DNA of 64,000 bases from Heptranchias perlo (lineage: Eukaryota), in contig NC_090343.1 of assembly GCF_035084215.1 (NCBI RefSeq), positions 15,314,001 to 15,378,000 on the forward strand, written 5' to 3'. This document shows positions 36,002 through 49,465 of the stretch, piece by piece. Both the position numbers and the translations under genes were made by a program. The notes below the pieces were generated by a model that worked only from the letters and a program-made list of their open reading frames with translations, had not been told where the DNA came from and did not search any database. Every line of letters starts with the position of its first letter. The first letter of the stretch is position 1.

Positions 36002-36352
36002 TAGAATTACATAGAATGTACAGCACAGAAACAGGCCATTCAGCCCAACTGATAAATCATCTATTCAATTCACCATGCTGGACTATGCTGGTGTTCATGC
36101 TCCACACGAGCCTCCTCCCTGCCTACTTCATCTAATCCCATCAGCATTTTCTTCTATTCCTTTCTCTCTAATGTGTTTATTGAGCTTCCCCTTAAATGCA
36201 TCTATGCTAGTTGCCTCAATGACTTGTAGTAGTAAGTTTCACATTCTAACCACCCTCTGGGCAAAGAAGTTTCTCCTGAATTCCCTCTTGGATTTATTAG
36301 TGACTATCTTATATTTATGGCCCCGAGTTCTGGTCTCCTCTGCAAGTGGAAA
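36002..36352 (-). mobile_element. CR1 LINE 3' end
   Basis: tagaattacatagaatgtacagcacagaaacaggcc tail; cacattctaaccaccctctggg..aagaagtttctcctgaattcc. Confidence 0.8.
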
Positions 36353-36789
36353 TATGAACATGATCACCTGCTGGCAACACAAGTAGTGCTTGGATATTAG
36401 TGACACTTAATAAACTTTCATATATTTGCACTGCTTCTGAAGTATAGACTGTCAAGTCTGTAGCCTAAGGAGAAAGGACAGCTTTAATTGGAAATGTGAG
36501 AATCACCATAAATCATTTTTTAAGGGCAAAAGTGTGGTACATTGGAAACTAGAATTAAAAAAAGACTCATTGAAAGATGCACAGAAGTTTTGTCACTGTT
36601 CAGAAAATTCTTAGACGTAATTTATATTGGAGGCATGCTAGCCATTGCAGAGTATACACAAATATGCAAAAGCCAGTTTTAAGTATTCGACAGCTGCTTG
36701 TTCACTGCATTGTAGTTCGGTGACTGACCCAGCAGAGGGCCAGTATCAACTTTGATAATTGAGCAGTTGTGCTATCTTGATATAGACCT

Positions 36790-37162
36790 GCTGTTTCTTC
36801 TTGGAATAACAGAGAGACCTGCTCCTCTTGGCCCACTAGGAAACTATTTTTTAAAATGAAAACTTACATTGCTGGGCCTCTTCCAGCCCTGGCTGCTGTT
36901 TTGAGCAGGTTTTGCCTGGCGGGAAAGTCACTACTGCTCAAGCCTCAGATTAAAATGGCACAACAGGCCCCAGTGAAATCATCCGAGCCCAAACTGCATG
37001 TTTAAAGGGGACCGCACCGACTTGAGGCAGGTGTCCTTTCCACCTGAAATTTTAAGTTGTAGTCGGCCAGATCAGGGCGGGAAAGCAATGGGTATGTACC
37101 TCGTTCCATTTTAACTGCCCTCTGCCTGGTTTTGCCAGGTGTGGGGAGTAAAATTCGAACCT
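36790..37162. mobile_element. Possible Harbinger-type MITE remnant
   Basis: GC-rich; right end taaaattcgaacc resembles the Harbinger TIR taaaatcgagccc; left boundary unclear. Confidence 0.35.
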
Positions 37163-37480
37163 TTGGAGTGGGGCTTGGATGGGTAGTAGGCAATATGGAT
37201 TTTAAAGCAGAAGAGTGGATCAGGGTGAGGTGCTCGACGGAGGAGGACAGGGAGAGGCCAAGGTGTTTGGTGATAAGGGCTACTCTGCCACTGTGGCTGT
37301 TTGGGAAGGGCAGATGGTGGAAAGTATAGCCAGGCAAGGAGGCTTTGGTAAGGGCCATGGCATTGCCACCTGTGAGCTAGGTCTCAGTCAAAGCCATAAT
37401 ATCATACACTCATCCACAATAAGGACATGGATGGCAAGGGCCTTGTTAGCAAGTGAACGGAAATTCTGGCAGCTCAGTCT
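37163..37480 (-). mobile_element. L2 LINE APE-endonuclease fragment
   Basis: Minus ALTKASLPGYTFHHLP..GRVALITK; gctaggtctcagtcaaagcc encodes the ALTETx motif. Confidence 0.6.
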
Positions 37481-37844
37481 AGAGTAAAAAGCCCCAGCAG
37501 AGGAGCAGAAACTGAGCCTGCAGGAGCAAACCAGTTAGTGGAATAGGGTCAGTCCAGCAGACAACGTAGAAAGCAGCAGCAAAGGTAGAGGTCACAGTAA
37601 AGCTCATAAGCCAATTGAAAAATGGAATTCAGTGCAGCAGGTAATCACAACAGGTGGGAAATGGGCATTGTAGGCTAGAAGAGATTACCTTTAACTTAGA
37701 GATGAAGTGGCAGAGCAGAGTCACAGCAGCTGAGGCACACAGTGTAGTCCAGCAGAGTGGTGCAGTCTTGATGGCAGAGAGGTTCAGGAATCTGGAAAAC
37801 AAATGCAAGCAGAATCCCAGCCATTGAAAAGTGTTCAGTTAAAA

Positions 37845-39403
37845 AAGATGGGGTGGTCCGGATGGAATGCACCCTAGGCTGCTGAGGGAAGTAAGGGTGG
37901 AAATTGTAGAGGTACTGGCCATAATCTTGCAATCATCCATAGATATGGGGGTGGTGCCAGAGGACTGGAGAATTGCAAATGTTACACCCTTGTTCAAAAA
38001 AGGGTGTGAGGATAAACCCAGCAACTACAGGCCAGTCGGTTTAACCTCAGTGGTGGGGAAGCTTTTAGAAATGATAATCCAGGTCACTTAGACTAGTGTG
38101 GATTAATTAAGGAAAGCCAGCACGGATTTGTTAAAGGCAAATTGTGTTTAACTAGCTTGATTGAGTTTTTTGATGAGGTAACAGAGAGGGATGATGAGGG
38201 CAATGCGGTTGACGTGGTGTATATGGACTTCCAAAAGGCGTTTAATAAAGTGCCACATAGTAGGTTTGTCAGCAAAGTTGAAGCCCAAGGAATAAAAGGG
38301 GCAGTGGCTGCATGGATACAAAATTGGCTAAGTGACAGGAAACAGAAAGTAGTGGTGAACGGTTGTTTTTCTGACTGGAGGGAGGTATACAGTAGTGTTC
38401 CCTAGGGGTCGGTACTGGGACCACTGCTTTTTTTGATATATATTAATGACTTGGACTTGGGTGTACAGGGCACAATTTCAAAATTTGCAGATGACACAAA
38501 ACTTGGAAGTGTAGCGAACAGTAAGGAGGATAGTGATAGACTTCAAGAGGACATAGACAGGCTGGTGGAATGGGCGGACACATGGCAGATGAAATTTAAC
38601 ACAGAAAAATGCAAAGTGATACATTTTGGTAGGAAGAATGAAGAGAGACAATATAAACTCAAGGGTACAATTGTAAAGGGAGTGCAGAAACAGAGAGACC
38701 TGAGGGTATATGTGCACAGGTCATTGAAGGTGGCAGGGCAGGTTGAGAAAGTGGTTAAAAAAGCATACGAGATCCCGGACTTTATAATAGAGGCATTGAG
38801 TATAAGAGCAAGGAGGTTATGATGAACCTTTATAAAACACTGGTTCGGCCACAACTGGAGTATTGTGTCCAATTCTGGGCACCGCTCTTTAGGAAGGATG
38901 TGAAGGCCTTAGAGAGGGTACAAAAAAGATTTAATCAACTGGCTCCAGGGATGAGGGACTTCAGTTATGTGGATAGACTTGAGAAGCTGGGGTTGTTCTC
39001 CTTACAGCAGAGAAGGTTGAGAGGAGATTTGATATAGGTATACAAAATCATGAGGGATCAAGACAGAATAGATAGAGAGGAACTGTTCTCATTGGCGGAA
39101 AGGTTGAGAACCAGAGGACACAGATTTAAGGTGATTGGCAAAAGAACCAAAGGCAACATGAGGAAAAACTTTTTTATGCAGTGAGTAGTTATGATCTGGA
39201 ATGCAATGCCTAAAATGGTGGTGGAGGCAGATTCAATCGTGGCTTTCAAAAGGGAATTGGATAAGTACTTGAAGGGAAAAATTCTTCAGGGCTACAGGGA
39301 AAAGGCAGGGGAGTGGGACTAACTAGATTGCTCTTGCAGAGAGCCAGCACGGGCTCAATGGGCCGAATGGCCTCCTTCTGTGCTGTAATCATTCTATGAT
39401 TCT
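37845..39403 (+). mobile_element. CR1 LINE, 5'-truncated (RT domain with stops and frameshifts, plus 3' UTR)
   Basis: VPEDWRIANVTPLFKKG..NYRPVGLTSVVGK; VDVVYMDFQKAFNKVPH; SKFADDTKLG; LYKTLVRPQLEYCVQFWAP; tail gggccgaatggcctccttctgtgctgtaatcattctatgattcta. Confidence 0.95.
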
Positions 39404-40489
39404 ACGGTGGGGCAGCAGGGGGTGCAGTGAAGGAGAGCAGAGGAGACGGGGGGGTGGGGGAGATAGGGATGGAGTTGTAAAAGAGAGGAACTCAGTAGGG
39501 AGCTGCTAGCCTGGGAACCATCTTCGAACCAGAAGCTCTTTATTCTTAAGCTTTCCCTTAACAAACAACTTAAACGCCTTTAGTAGTAACCAGTGTCATA
39601 AGAATTGTGGGACTTTCTGTATGTATAGACCGGAATTCCAGTCCAATTCACATTTGCACTCACAATCTACGATCCATTTCTCCTCCCCCACCCTCAACAG
39701 GATGAACTTTGCCATTCATGACCAAATTGTGTGGGAGAGGAAAGAAAAAAAACAGCCAAAGCCATGAGTGGGAGGAAGGACCTTTGCTACATTGCTTGGG
39801 AATTACCTTGATCAAGGAGTAGCATTCATAGCTTCTTAAAACATTTGGCTGGACCATCCCATTCCATTTGAATACACAGATCCTGTGGAGGATAGAGAAA
39901 GAAGAGGGAGGAGTTACAAAATTAGCACATTCTAGGAACCCTTTCATTCAGTGGAATGTTTAGAAATCTATATAAGTAGATAAAAGTATACCGTAAGTTT
40001 GAATTCGTCTAAATTCAGTCATTTACAGCAGAGCAAGACATACCTGTGTGGTTTCTATTGACTACTGGTCATAGGTCTTAGGTACCAGGGGCAGATCAAA
40101 GCAGTCAAATGAGGCCAATTAAAAAGTAAGGCCAAGAGCTTTAAATCAGTCAGTTCAATGGTTCATTTTCTGGCAGTCCCACTCCTCCTTAAAATACTGG
40201 AGAATGCCCTGTTCCATATGCTTTGGATTGCGCTGATTCATGGCAGATTTTATGTTCTGACTTACGCTAACGAGTTTGTGCGGAAACTTTGAGTGTAACT
40301 TCACCTCAGCAAACCAACCCAGTGCCCAGTGCATTCTGGGTACATTTTGCCGATTGCACCCCTAGCAGAAAGTCCTTGCCGCAATCCTTAACTAAATTGC
40401 ACCATAATATTTGCTTCAATTCCTTCACAGTATTAAGTAACAAATGGTGATTCATTGAATGTTTTCTGTATTTTTAAGTCAGTAACTTT

Positions 40490-40510
40490 GAGACCAGCAG
40501 GTGGCACTGG
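40490..40510 (+). promoter_or_regulatory. Candidate CTCF-binding site
   Basis: agaCCAGCAGGTGGCACtg matches the CTCF core CCASYAGRKGGCRS in unique sequence. Confidence 0.55.
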
Positions 40511-42387
40511 TTAATGACTATTTCCTCGTGTGTGCCAGCGAGTGAATTGTGCAATGAAGTTGGACAATTCCTGTCTAACGCTTTACTAGTGTTTGTTTTC
40601 TGTACTAATAAATGTGCATTAATTTCCTGAATATGTTAAAGTTTCCTGCAACTGCTGTGTAAACACTTAACAGTTCAGGTTATTTTTAACAGCCTTAACT
40701 TAATGAGGGATTTTATGCAAAATAATTAAGAGCAGTAAAGTATGCTACCATAGCAGAATATTATCCTGTTGAGGTTGAAAACTCCAAGTCGAATACAATG
40801 TGAAGAACTTTTCAGTATTAGTCACTATATTAGTAGGTTTCTTCATTTCTGTAGTTGTGCACATGGAGCCATGAACATTATTTAGCAGTACCATACATAC
40901 CATGGATTTCAGCCCTGTACATTCAGATATCCTTATTCCTCAAAAGTAAATGTATTACTTGACAACTCTCCCTGCTCACAAACACACACATGTATATATC
41001 CACATTAGAAATGATGAAAAAGTCTCATGCTATCGAATGAGATTGTTTTGCCACTCAAAACATATTCTTACCGAACATAGCCAATGGAAAAAAAATGATT
41101 GTCAAGCATCACTTTCCCTGTGCAAATATAAAGCTAACAAAGGATCACCATCCATGGACATAAAAGAACTTGCTTTTAAAGCACTTTATCACATCTCTAT
41201 TTTACTGCACAGACGTATGTTTTCATGTTTAAAAGAAAGCTCCAGATACACAACTCATCCCTCTTTGAGTGCTCAACTCATTGTGTTTTTCATTTCCTGA
41301 TGAGAGCAGTTTTTCTGGTATGCATCCCATTCACAAGACAAATGAGCAAGCATTGTACCTTGGCCAAGTTTAAGAGTACATTTTTAAAGGGGGAAGTTTT
41401 CAGGAGCAATCTGAAATTTTTGCTTGAAAGAATATCACAATTCCACTTTTGTGAAGAATCATTAATTTCCTTTATTCTTCTCAGCCCCCAACCTCACCCA
41501 CCAACTAACTTCTGCAACTGGTTCAAATCAAAAAACTGAATTATATCAATGTTACATCTTTCTGTGCAAAAGTCATTCTTCTCATGGCTACCACATTTAC
41601 CACCTAACAATAATAACTGCACAATGTAATGTAATTCATTGTAGGTGAAGCAATTTGGGACATTTTGAGTGACGTGATAAGGTGTTTTAAATAAAAATTC
41701 TTTTATTTCCATGGATGATGATCCTTTGTTAAGTTTTTATTTGTAATTGGTGGTTTAATAGGTCCATGTACTCACAATGTTTTGTTTAAAGAAAGTCAAA
41801 TGTGGATTGACAATTTGCATAGCAGAGAGCGGATAATAATATGTCACAACTCTAATGGCTGAAATGATGCAATAACTCTAACAATGATCTTTAACTCCTC
41901 GCAGAAGATTTGAGGTAAATCCCAAACCTACCAATATTTGAATTTTTGTCTTTAGTAGATTAGTGTCATCAGTTCTCAACTAGATTGCTAGATGGAGTCC
42001 CTGACTGTAGCTCAGGAAAGTAAGAAAAAATTGACAGGACTGATCCAACCGTAGAAGGACACTTTTAGTTGGTTAACAGAGCAGCATTGGTGATACCAGA
42101 GAAGGCGATGGACAATGCAATCCTATTTTGCAGTGTTAAGAAAGAAGATGGTGGTAGCATCAGATGGTAGGTTAGAGGAAGCTGAAACAAGAAAGGCTTC
42201 TTTTAAAAACATTATTCTGGGAGTTAAATTTGAATACAGTCTATCTCTGTCTCCTATGATTATGGGTTCTTAAGTAAAATTGGTTTGTGCAATCTTAATC
42301 TAGTCACCAGGTAACATATGTTCACAGAATATTACTAAACCTCAAATGTCCAAGTTGGTTTATTTATAGAATATGTATCTGTAATTT

Positions 42388-42550
42388 GCAGTGTCAGCTT
42401 GGCTCAGTGGGTAGCACCCTTACCTCTGAGTCAGACAGTTGTGACTTCAATACCGACTCCAGGACTTGAGCACAGGCTGATACTTTGATCCAATAATGAG
42501 CAAATACTGCAGTGCTGTCCTTAAACCAAGACCCTGTTCAAGTCAATATT
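42388..42550 (+). mobile_element. tRNA-derived SINE head (SacSINE1/Deu-like)
   Basis: A box tggctcagtggg; cctctgagtcaga; decayed B box gacttcaatacc; ccaggacttgagcac. Confidence 0.7.
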
Positions 42551-42552
42551 TA

Positions 42553-43165
42553 ACAACAACAGCAACTTGCATTAACATAGCACCTTTAATGTAGTAAAAT
42601 ATCCCAAGGTGCTTCACAGAAGCATTATCAAATGAAATTTGACACCGAGCCACATAAGGAGATATTAGGACAGGTGACCAAAAGCTTGGTCGAAGAGGTA
42701 GGTTTTAAGGAGTGTCTTAAAGGAGGAGCGAGAATTAGAGAGGTTTAGGAAGGGAATTCCAGAGTTTAGGGCCTAGGAAGCAGAAGGTACGACCGCCAAT
42801 GGTGGAGCGAAGAAAATTGGGAATAAGCAAGGGGCCAGAATTGGAGGAGAGCAGAGATTTTGGAGGGTTGGCGTTAGGGCTGGAGGAAGTTACAGAGTTA
42901 GGGAGAGGCAAGGCCATGGAGGGATTTGAAAACAAGGATGAGAATTTTAATATTGAGGCGTTGCCAGACTGGGAGCCAATATAAGTCAGCGAGCACGGGG
43001 TAATGGGCGAAAGGGACTTGGTGCGAGTTAGGATACGGGCAGCAGAGTTTTGGATGAGCTCAAGTTTACGGAGGGTGCAAGGTGGGAAACCGGCCAGGAG
43101 AGCATTGGAATAGTCGAGTCTAGAGGTAACAAAGGCATGGATGACAGTTTCAGCAGCAGATGAGT
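42553..43165 (-). mobile_element. L2 LINE 3' fragment
   Basis: [23 protein letters not shown]...LELIQNSAARILTRTK...GPKLWNSLP; (aac)n tail. Confidence 0.9.
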
Positions 43166-45129
43166 GGAGATACCATGCCATTATTTGGGGAATTTCTATT
43201 CTCCCTGTGAACGTATGTTTCTCAAATAACACCAAAACTAGATTACTTGATCATTCATCCCATTTAATCTGAATTGTAAACATGAGTTTCTATCCGAAAA
43301 ATTCTGGGCAGTCCATTAATCAAACTGACTGTATTCTAGTTTATACAGTTTAACTTCCTCTGTAGTAAAACTTTGATTAAACAAAAATAATACTAATGTG
43401 GCTAGTGCTGATGCTCCACCCAAACACATTGGGGCTGGTAATGCAGTTTTGGCACTGTGGGGTGGACACAGCACCAATGTGCCAGGATCATATTATATAA
43501 TTTGTCAGTGCTCCTGGCACCTGAGATGCTATGGCAGCAGGGGGTGGATTATTGGGCTCCATCAACTCTGAAACGGCTTCTTGCTGCCCTTAAAGTTGTA
43601 CTGAGAATAAAAAATGGCTGCAATCAAGTAGAACTGGTGAATGGAGCACATTGTTTTAGAGATCCTGCAAAGAAGGGCGGTTCTATTTGGAGGGGAGGGA
43701 CAACCTTGCAATCAGGAACTGTACCAAAGCAGCATGGGTGGAGGTGAAAGAAAGGTCAATTCTTTCACTTCTGGCCTAAACATGGTAACAGCTGAGGAAA
43801 AAGCTTGCTGGCAAAAGTAAGGTTACCATGGCAAGTGTGCTGCCATACAGCTTGATTTTATAATATCTTAACTGTTTTTTAAACTAAACCTGGTGTAGCA
43901 TCACAAAGGCACAATGCACTCCACCTTGCCAACTGTTCACATATTTCATCCATGCATAGACACGCTTATGCTGTACCAAGGCACATATTAAATGTGACAA
44001 GTATCAAGAAGTTAGTATGTTGCCAGCACAAGGTGGTTCTGGCTCATCTCCATCTCTATCGGCAGAGAGTGAGACACAACTCTTCTTCCCACTGGGGATT
44101 CACTTATGAGGAGCCATTTTTAGGAAGTGGTAGACACACACCATACACTTTTGCATATGGGCGTTCAACATCTGGGGTGTTCTTCGGGCACTCCAGATGC
44201 ATTATGGGGAACTCCCCTCATTTACCTAATTTTTATAGATCTAATGAGTCTTGAGAAAAACACATGCACAAGCTCTAGTACATTCATGCGCAGAGGAATC
44301 AAGCTCTGAGTAGCATTGCTATAGGTACGAGGAAGTGCGTTGTCACTCCCCATTGTATACTAACGATTAATCAAAAATTTCTTCAGTGTTTCACTGAATG
44401 TCAGAATCAATACCCTGCCGCTAATTTATACTAAATTATTTTGTAATACTTTTCTGTAAACCACCGAATGTGAATTATTTGATATACTGTCTGCCATTTA
44501 TTGGCCATGATACCCAGTCCTGTGATTAGTTTAAAATTACCTAAACCATTGATGAAAGTAAATAGCGTCTACATTGCCAAGAAAACAATCTTCTCAAGAT
44601 GTGTGGCTGTGGAAATGGAAATGTTGAGAAAGCCTCTTCTATTCTCTAAGAATCAAGTAGAAAATATGAGGCTGAAACAAATCAATCTAAGAATTCTAAT
44701 ATAATCTTTCTCGGTGACATTACATTGCTCCTAAGTCTAGTGTGCTGCTATTTCAAGAAATGTAGACTAGTAAAGTTTAAATGGTTATGAAAATATGAGA
44801 ACTTAGAGTAAACATTATTAAGAATTTCAATTGGTGCTGGATTTTAGTGGGAAACAATGCTACTATCTGTCACTGAAGATGTCCTTTCATTTTTCATATA
44901 TAATTGTTTCTTCTAAAAAAAAGAATTTCAATGAAAGAACAGAAGAAATTCACTTAATTCTGCTCTCCTTTTATTAATCTTTTATAAGGTAATTAACCTG
45001 CTCTTTTCATTTTAAGATTGACTTGTTTCTTGTTTGTGAAGACATCATTTACCATATTATCTAGATAATATCCTACAATGTATGCAACAGAAAGAAAAGG
45101 AAGAATTTGCATTTAGATGGCACCTTTGA

Positions 45130-47500
45130 GCACTATACTCTCATCCGTCCCTTCTACCTATCACTTAAATCCTTCATGGTTTATCACCTTCTCAAGCCGC
45201 ATGACAACAGTGTCACTGATGTTTTTTCCCTGCTCCCTTCCCATAGCCTCTGCCCCAAATGACAACTTTGCTCTAACTTCACTGTTCCCCTGTCCTCACT
45301 CAATCTCACCCTTCACGTAAATTCACCCACCACATCAATAGCCATCTCCTCAACCTCACCATCTAATGTGGCCTCTCTATCTCCGAGGTCTTGATCACAG
45401 ATAAGGTTACCTTGACAACTTTCTTGTCTCCCTTACTACAATCTACCTTCCTTTAACTCCATTACCTTCTTCCCTGGAAAAGTGTCTCTCAAACACCCAA
45501 CTTCATCTACTCTGGCCCCTCTACTTGTCACAAAATCTCTGCTAACTGTTCCGTTACCTTTGTCTTTGACACCTAAGTTCCCACCAAATTACTCACTATC
45601 TCCCACCACTACCATTCCCACTTATAATTCCAGCTTTTCTCCTTACAGTCTAAGGGCTTCAAACCTGATTTTCAGGTCTTGTCATCCTTTGCCAGACGTA
45701 GCTCGATCATATAAAGATCTACGGATCCACTCTTTGCTCCATCTAATCCTCCTATACAATAGGACCAAAACAAACCAGGGCTCCCTTTCTCCGTGATGAA
45801 TGGTCTTCTCAAATTTCTTTCCCCTGTCCTCTCCATTCTCTTCTCCAACTCTAAATAGAAGGAGCTCATGGATGTCTTCATCTCCAACATTGAGACTATC
45901 TGTGCAGCTGCCTCCACCAGCACCTCCTCCCTCTCCCTACTCTCGATCCCCTCTCGCATTTTCCACCACCCTCTCCAAGCTCCTCTCTACCATGAGACCT
46001 ACCTCTTGTTGCTTCGATCCTCTCCCCACCTAACTCCTGACCACTCAATTACCTGTCCTGACCCCCATGCTTGCTGATATTGTTAATGGGTCCCTTTGTT
46101 CAAGCACCCTCTCCTTTTCAAAATCACCATCGTCACTGCCCTCTTCAAAAAGCCCATCCTTTACCTGTCCACCCTGTCCAGCTAACCTTCATTTCTTCTC
46201 TAAGGTCATTGAATGTGTCATCACCTTTTAGCTCCAGGTCTATGTCTCCCAAAACTTTCTGTTTGAATCCTTTCATTTCACAGCACCAAGATCAAAATCA
46301 TAAATTGTATTCTTCTTGACCGTGACTTTGTTATCCCTACTTGACCTCTCTGCAGCATTTAACATGGTTGACCACACCTTGCTCAATCATCGCCTCTCCT
46401 CTGCTGTTTAACTTTGTGGGATTGTCTTTGCACTGTTCTGTTCCTACCTATACTAACATAGCTAGAGCATCTCCACCAATGGCTTCTCCTCAAACCTCTG
46501 GGTTCCCCAAGGACCTCCCCTTGGTCCCCTCCTCTTCCTTCTCTATATGCTGCTCCTTCGTGACATCATCTTCACCCAACTCTACTTCTCCACCACTTCT
46601 CTCGAGCTTACCACCACCTCTATGCTGTTAGACTGTCTGGCTGACATGAGGCTGCTGTTGTTTCATAATTTCCTTCAATTGAAGATCAGGAAGATTCAAA
46701 GTCACCATTGTTGACCCCCACCATACATCTTCTCCCTTGCCATCGACTTTAATCACCCTTCCCAGCCACTTCCTCAGGCTGAATAAAGCTGTATGGAACC
46801 TTGGCATCCTGTCCAATACTGAACTCAGTTTCATATCTCACATCTAATCCATCACCAAAACTACTTACGTCTACCTCCACAAAATTGCCAACCTCTATCT
46901 CTATCCCACCTGCACCATGGCTCTAGTTCTTATCCATGCTTTATCATCATTAGATTCAGTTTCTCTGGACTCAAGTTCTTCAACATCATTTACCTTCCAC
47001 AAGTTCCAATGCATCCAAAACTCAACCACCCATATCATGTCCTGCAAATTCAACACACCTGCCCTTTCTGATCTACACTGGCTCCCGGTCCTCTAGTAGA
47101 ATCGATTTAAAATCAAGCCATAATCTTGTCCCCGCCCCTCCCCCCATCCAACTTCTGCAACCTCCTCTAACCTTGTATTCTTTCCTAAACCATTTACCCC
47201 TCTGACTCCGGCCTTCTATACATCTACCACTCCCCCCACCCCCTCCACCCCCACCAGCTCCCTTCACCCTACCATTGGCAGCAGAGCCTTTATCAACTTC
47301 AGCCCTACTCTCTGGAATTTCCTTGCAAACCACTCTGTCCCTCTACTTCACTCTGTACCTTTAAAAGTCTCCTTGAAACCCATCTTTTCCATCAAACTTA
47401 CAGTTATCTCTCCTCTCACACTATGGCTCAGTGACTTTTCCTCTATAAAACACCTCACGATTCTTTCTATGTTCAAGGTGTTATATAGATGAAAGTTGTT
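45130..47500 (+). mobile_element. Old, degenerate L2 LINE (RT to 3' tail)
   Basis: C/T-rich strand; cttgacctctctgcagcattt (LDLSAAF), ggggttccccaagga (GVPQG), ctacactggctcccg (LHWLP), tggaatttcc; tail ttcaaggtgttatatagatgaaagttgtt. Confidence 0.8.
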
Positions 47501-48104
47501 CTTTTACTTGAGGTTGCCACTGGGAGTGTGAGAACCATGTGTCAGGATGCCAATAGCACAGCAATATAAAAATAGATTTAGATACAACACTGGTCAGGTT
47601 GTGAGAATACAGAACAATTCCTTTGAACAAGCATTAATGAAGATAACAGCTTTTAGGTTGAACTATCAGATACCGTTTCATAACTTGTGTAAAGTGTAAA
47701 TTTATGCACAGAATACAAGACAGTGGTTATGCGTGTGTGATGTCTGGGCTGCAACCTTCATCCAGTGTCTGTGCTATAATTTGCAAGCAAAGTGTTCATT
47801 TCTGTCAGGCTTTTGCAATATTGCATTTGAGTAATAACTTTGTGTTATTGTTAATTATTTTAATAAATCATATTATTGCTGAAGTTTGAAAGGTAATTGA
47901 ACATTGAAGCATAACTAAGGATGAAATAACAGTTCCTTGGATTGCAAAGAATTAATCTGAGATCATCTGAGTACATCTTTGAAGCTAAGTGCTGACCTGG
48001 TGGGAGATTGTTTTTTCCAACAGACTGTCAAAAAGACATTAAGAACAAAATGGCCATTGTAGATTGACACTTCAATGGACATACTGGAGTTTATTTCCTT
48101 ATCT

Positions 48105-48400
48105 GATACCAAGTCCCGTTTGCCTATTACCCCTGAACTCACTAGCCTTCATTAGCTCCCTGTCCACCAATGCCTCGATTTTAACGTTTTCATCCTCACG
48201 TTCAAATCCCTCCATGGCCTCACCCCTCCCTATCTCTGTAACCTCCTCCAGCCCTACAACCCTACAAGAACTCTGCATTCCTCCAACTCCGGCTCCTCAC
48301 TCCCTTCGCCCCACCATTGGTGGCCATGCTTTCAGCCGTAAGCACTGGAGCTCTGGAATTCCCTCCCAAAACCTCTCTGCCTTTCCACCTCTCTCATCAT
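48105..48400 (+). mobile_element. L2 LINE fragment
   Basis: ttcaaatccctccatggcctcacccctccctatctctgtaacctcctccagccctacaaccct is the reverse complement of the 18540-18620 type. Confidence 0.8.
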
Positions 48401-48994
48401 AACTGTAGCATCAGTGCCATGCAAAATGATGCTATGGTTGTATTGTAGATACACCCTATGTTACCAAAAACCCACCAGCAAATCAGTCTCAAGTGAGTTG
48501 TGATGGTTGGGTCACAAGCTAAATATTTGGTGGTATTCAATTGGCTACTGCCTCAAAGTTCTGTTTATTCCACTTATGTGGGCTTTCACCCAATAGAACA
48601 AACAAATGCTTTTATAGAATAACCAGAGGGGTTGCTGGTGCTTAGACCAGGCTTCCATGCTCATGACAAGAACACCAGAGCAACTCTACATTCTTTATCA
48701 GTCCATAAAGTCTGCATTGAATGTCAACATTACACACAGCTGATTGTTGCCTAGAAAACTTATGAACAGAAGTTGAAATGCAGAAAAAGCCATCATTTCC
48801 TGAACTAGGATTATTGGAAATGTTTGACTTCTATTTTGCACCCCAATGTAATTTAACAAAGAAATCAAATTTATTTAAATCGTTTTTGCTCTTTCATCAA
48901 TCGCAAGGTCAGGTTTGTGAGATGTCTGTAACTATTTGTCTCAAACTGCACACTGTTTTATGCAAAAGCAAAAATGTGAGACATAGTACAACCC

Positions 48995-49142
48995 TATTTA
49001 AAATGAGATTGATAGGTTTTTGTTAGGCAAGGGTATTAAGGGTTATGGAACCAAGGCGGGTAGAGTTAAGGTACAGATCAGCCATGATCTAATTGAATGG
49101 TAAAACATACTCAAGGGGCTGAATGGCCTACTGCCATTCTTA
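48995..49142 (+). mobile_element. CR1 3' tail fragment
   Basis: gagattgataggtttttgttaggcaagggtattaagggttatgg...agatcagccatgatctaattgaatgg...gaatggcctact. Confidence 0.8.
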
Positions 49143-49259
49143 TATTATAAGAAAACCTTGTCAAAAATATGCAGTTGATTAATATGCAACTGAATAGAAT
49201 TGCAATCCTGTTATAGTGAAAGGATTAGCTGCTTATAACGAATGTCTATATTATTTATG

Positions 49260-49465
49260 TACAGAATCTTACAACACCAGGTTATAGTCCAACAATTTTA
49301 TTTGAAAATCACAAGCTTTCGGAGGCTTTCTCCTTCGTCACCTGACGAAGGAGAAAGCCTCCGAAAGCTTGTGATTTTCAAATAAAATTGTTGGACTATA
49401 ACCTGATGTTGTAAGATTCTGTACATTTGTCAACCCCAGTCCATCACCGGCATCTCCACATCATG
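49260..49465 (+). mobile_element. Penelope-like insertion: pLTR preceded by an inverted copy (palindrome)
   Basis: 84-bp arms 49257-49340 and 49343-49426 with one mismatch and a 2-nt spacer; tail gtcaaccccagtccatcaccggcatctccaca as at 24472-24505; 13-bp direct repeat tatattatttatg at 49247-49259 and 49466-49478. Confidence 0.9.
49338..49374 (+). ncRNA. Minimal type I hammerhead ribozyme motif
   Basis: UCAC CUGACGA A GGAG aaagc CUCC GAAA GC UU GUGA. Confidence 0.78.

Noticed and set aside
42388-42470. tRNA gene
   Set aside because: The B box is decayed, there is no full cloverleaf, and it continues into SINE body sequence.
49305-49342. Second functional hammerhead on the minus arm of the palindrome
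   Set aside because: The core reads GUGACGA (C3 missing) and the 5' strand of stem I is lost at the inversion junction.
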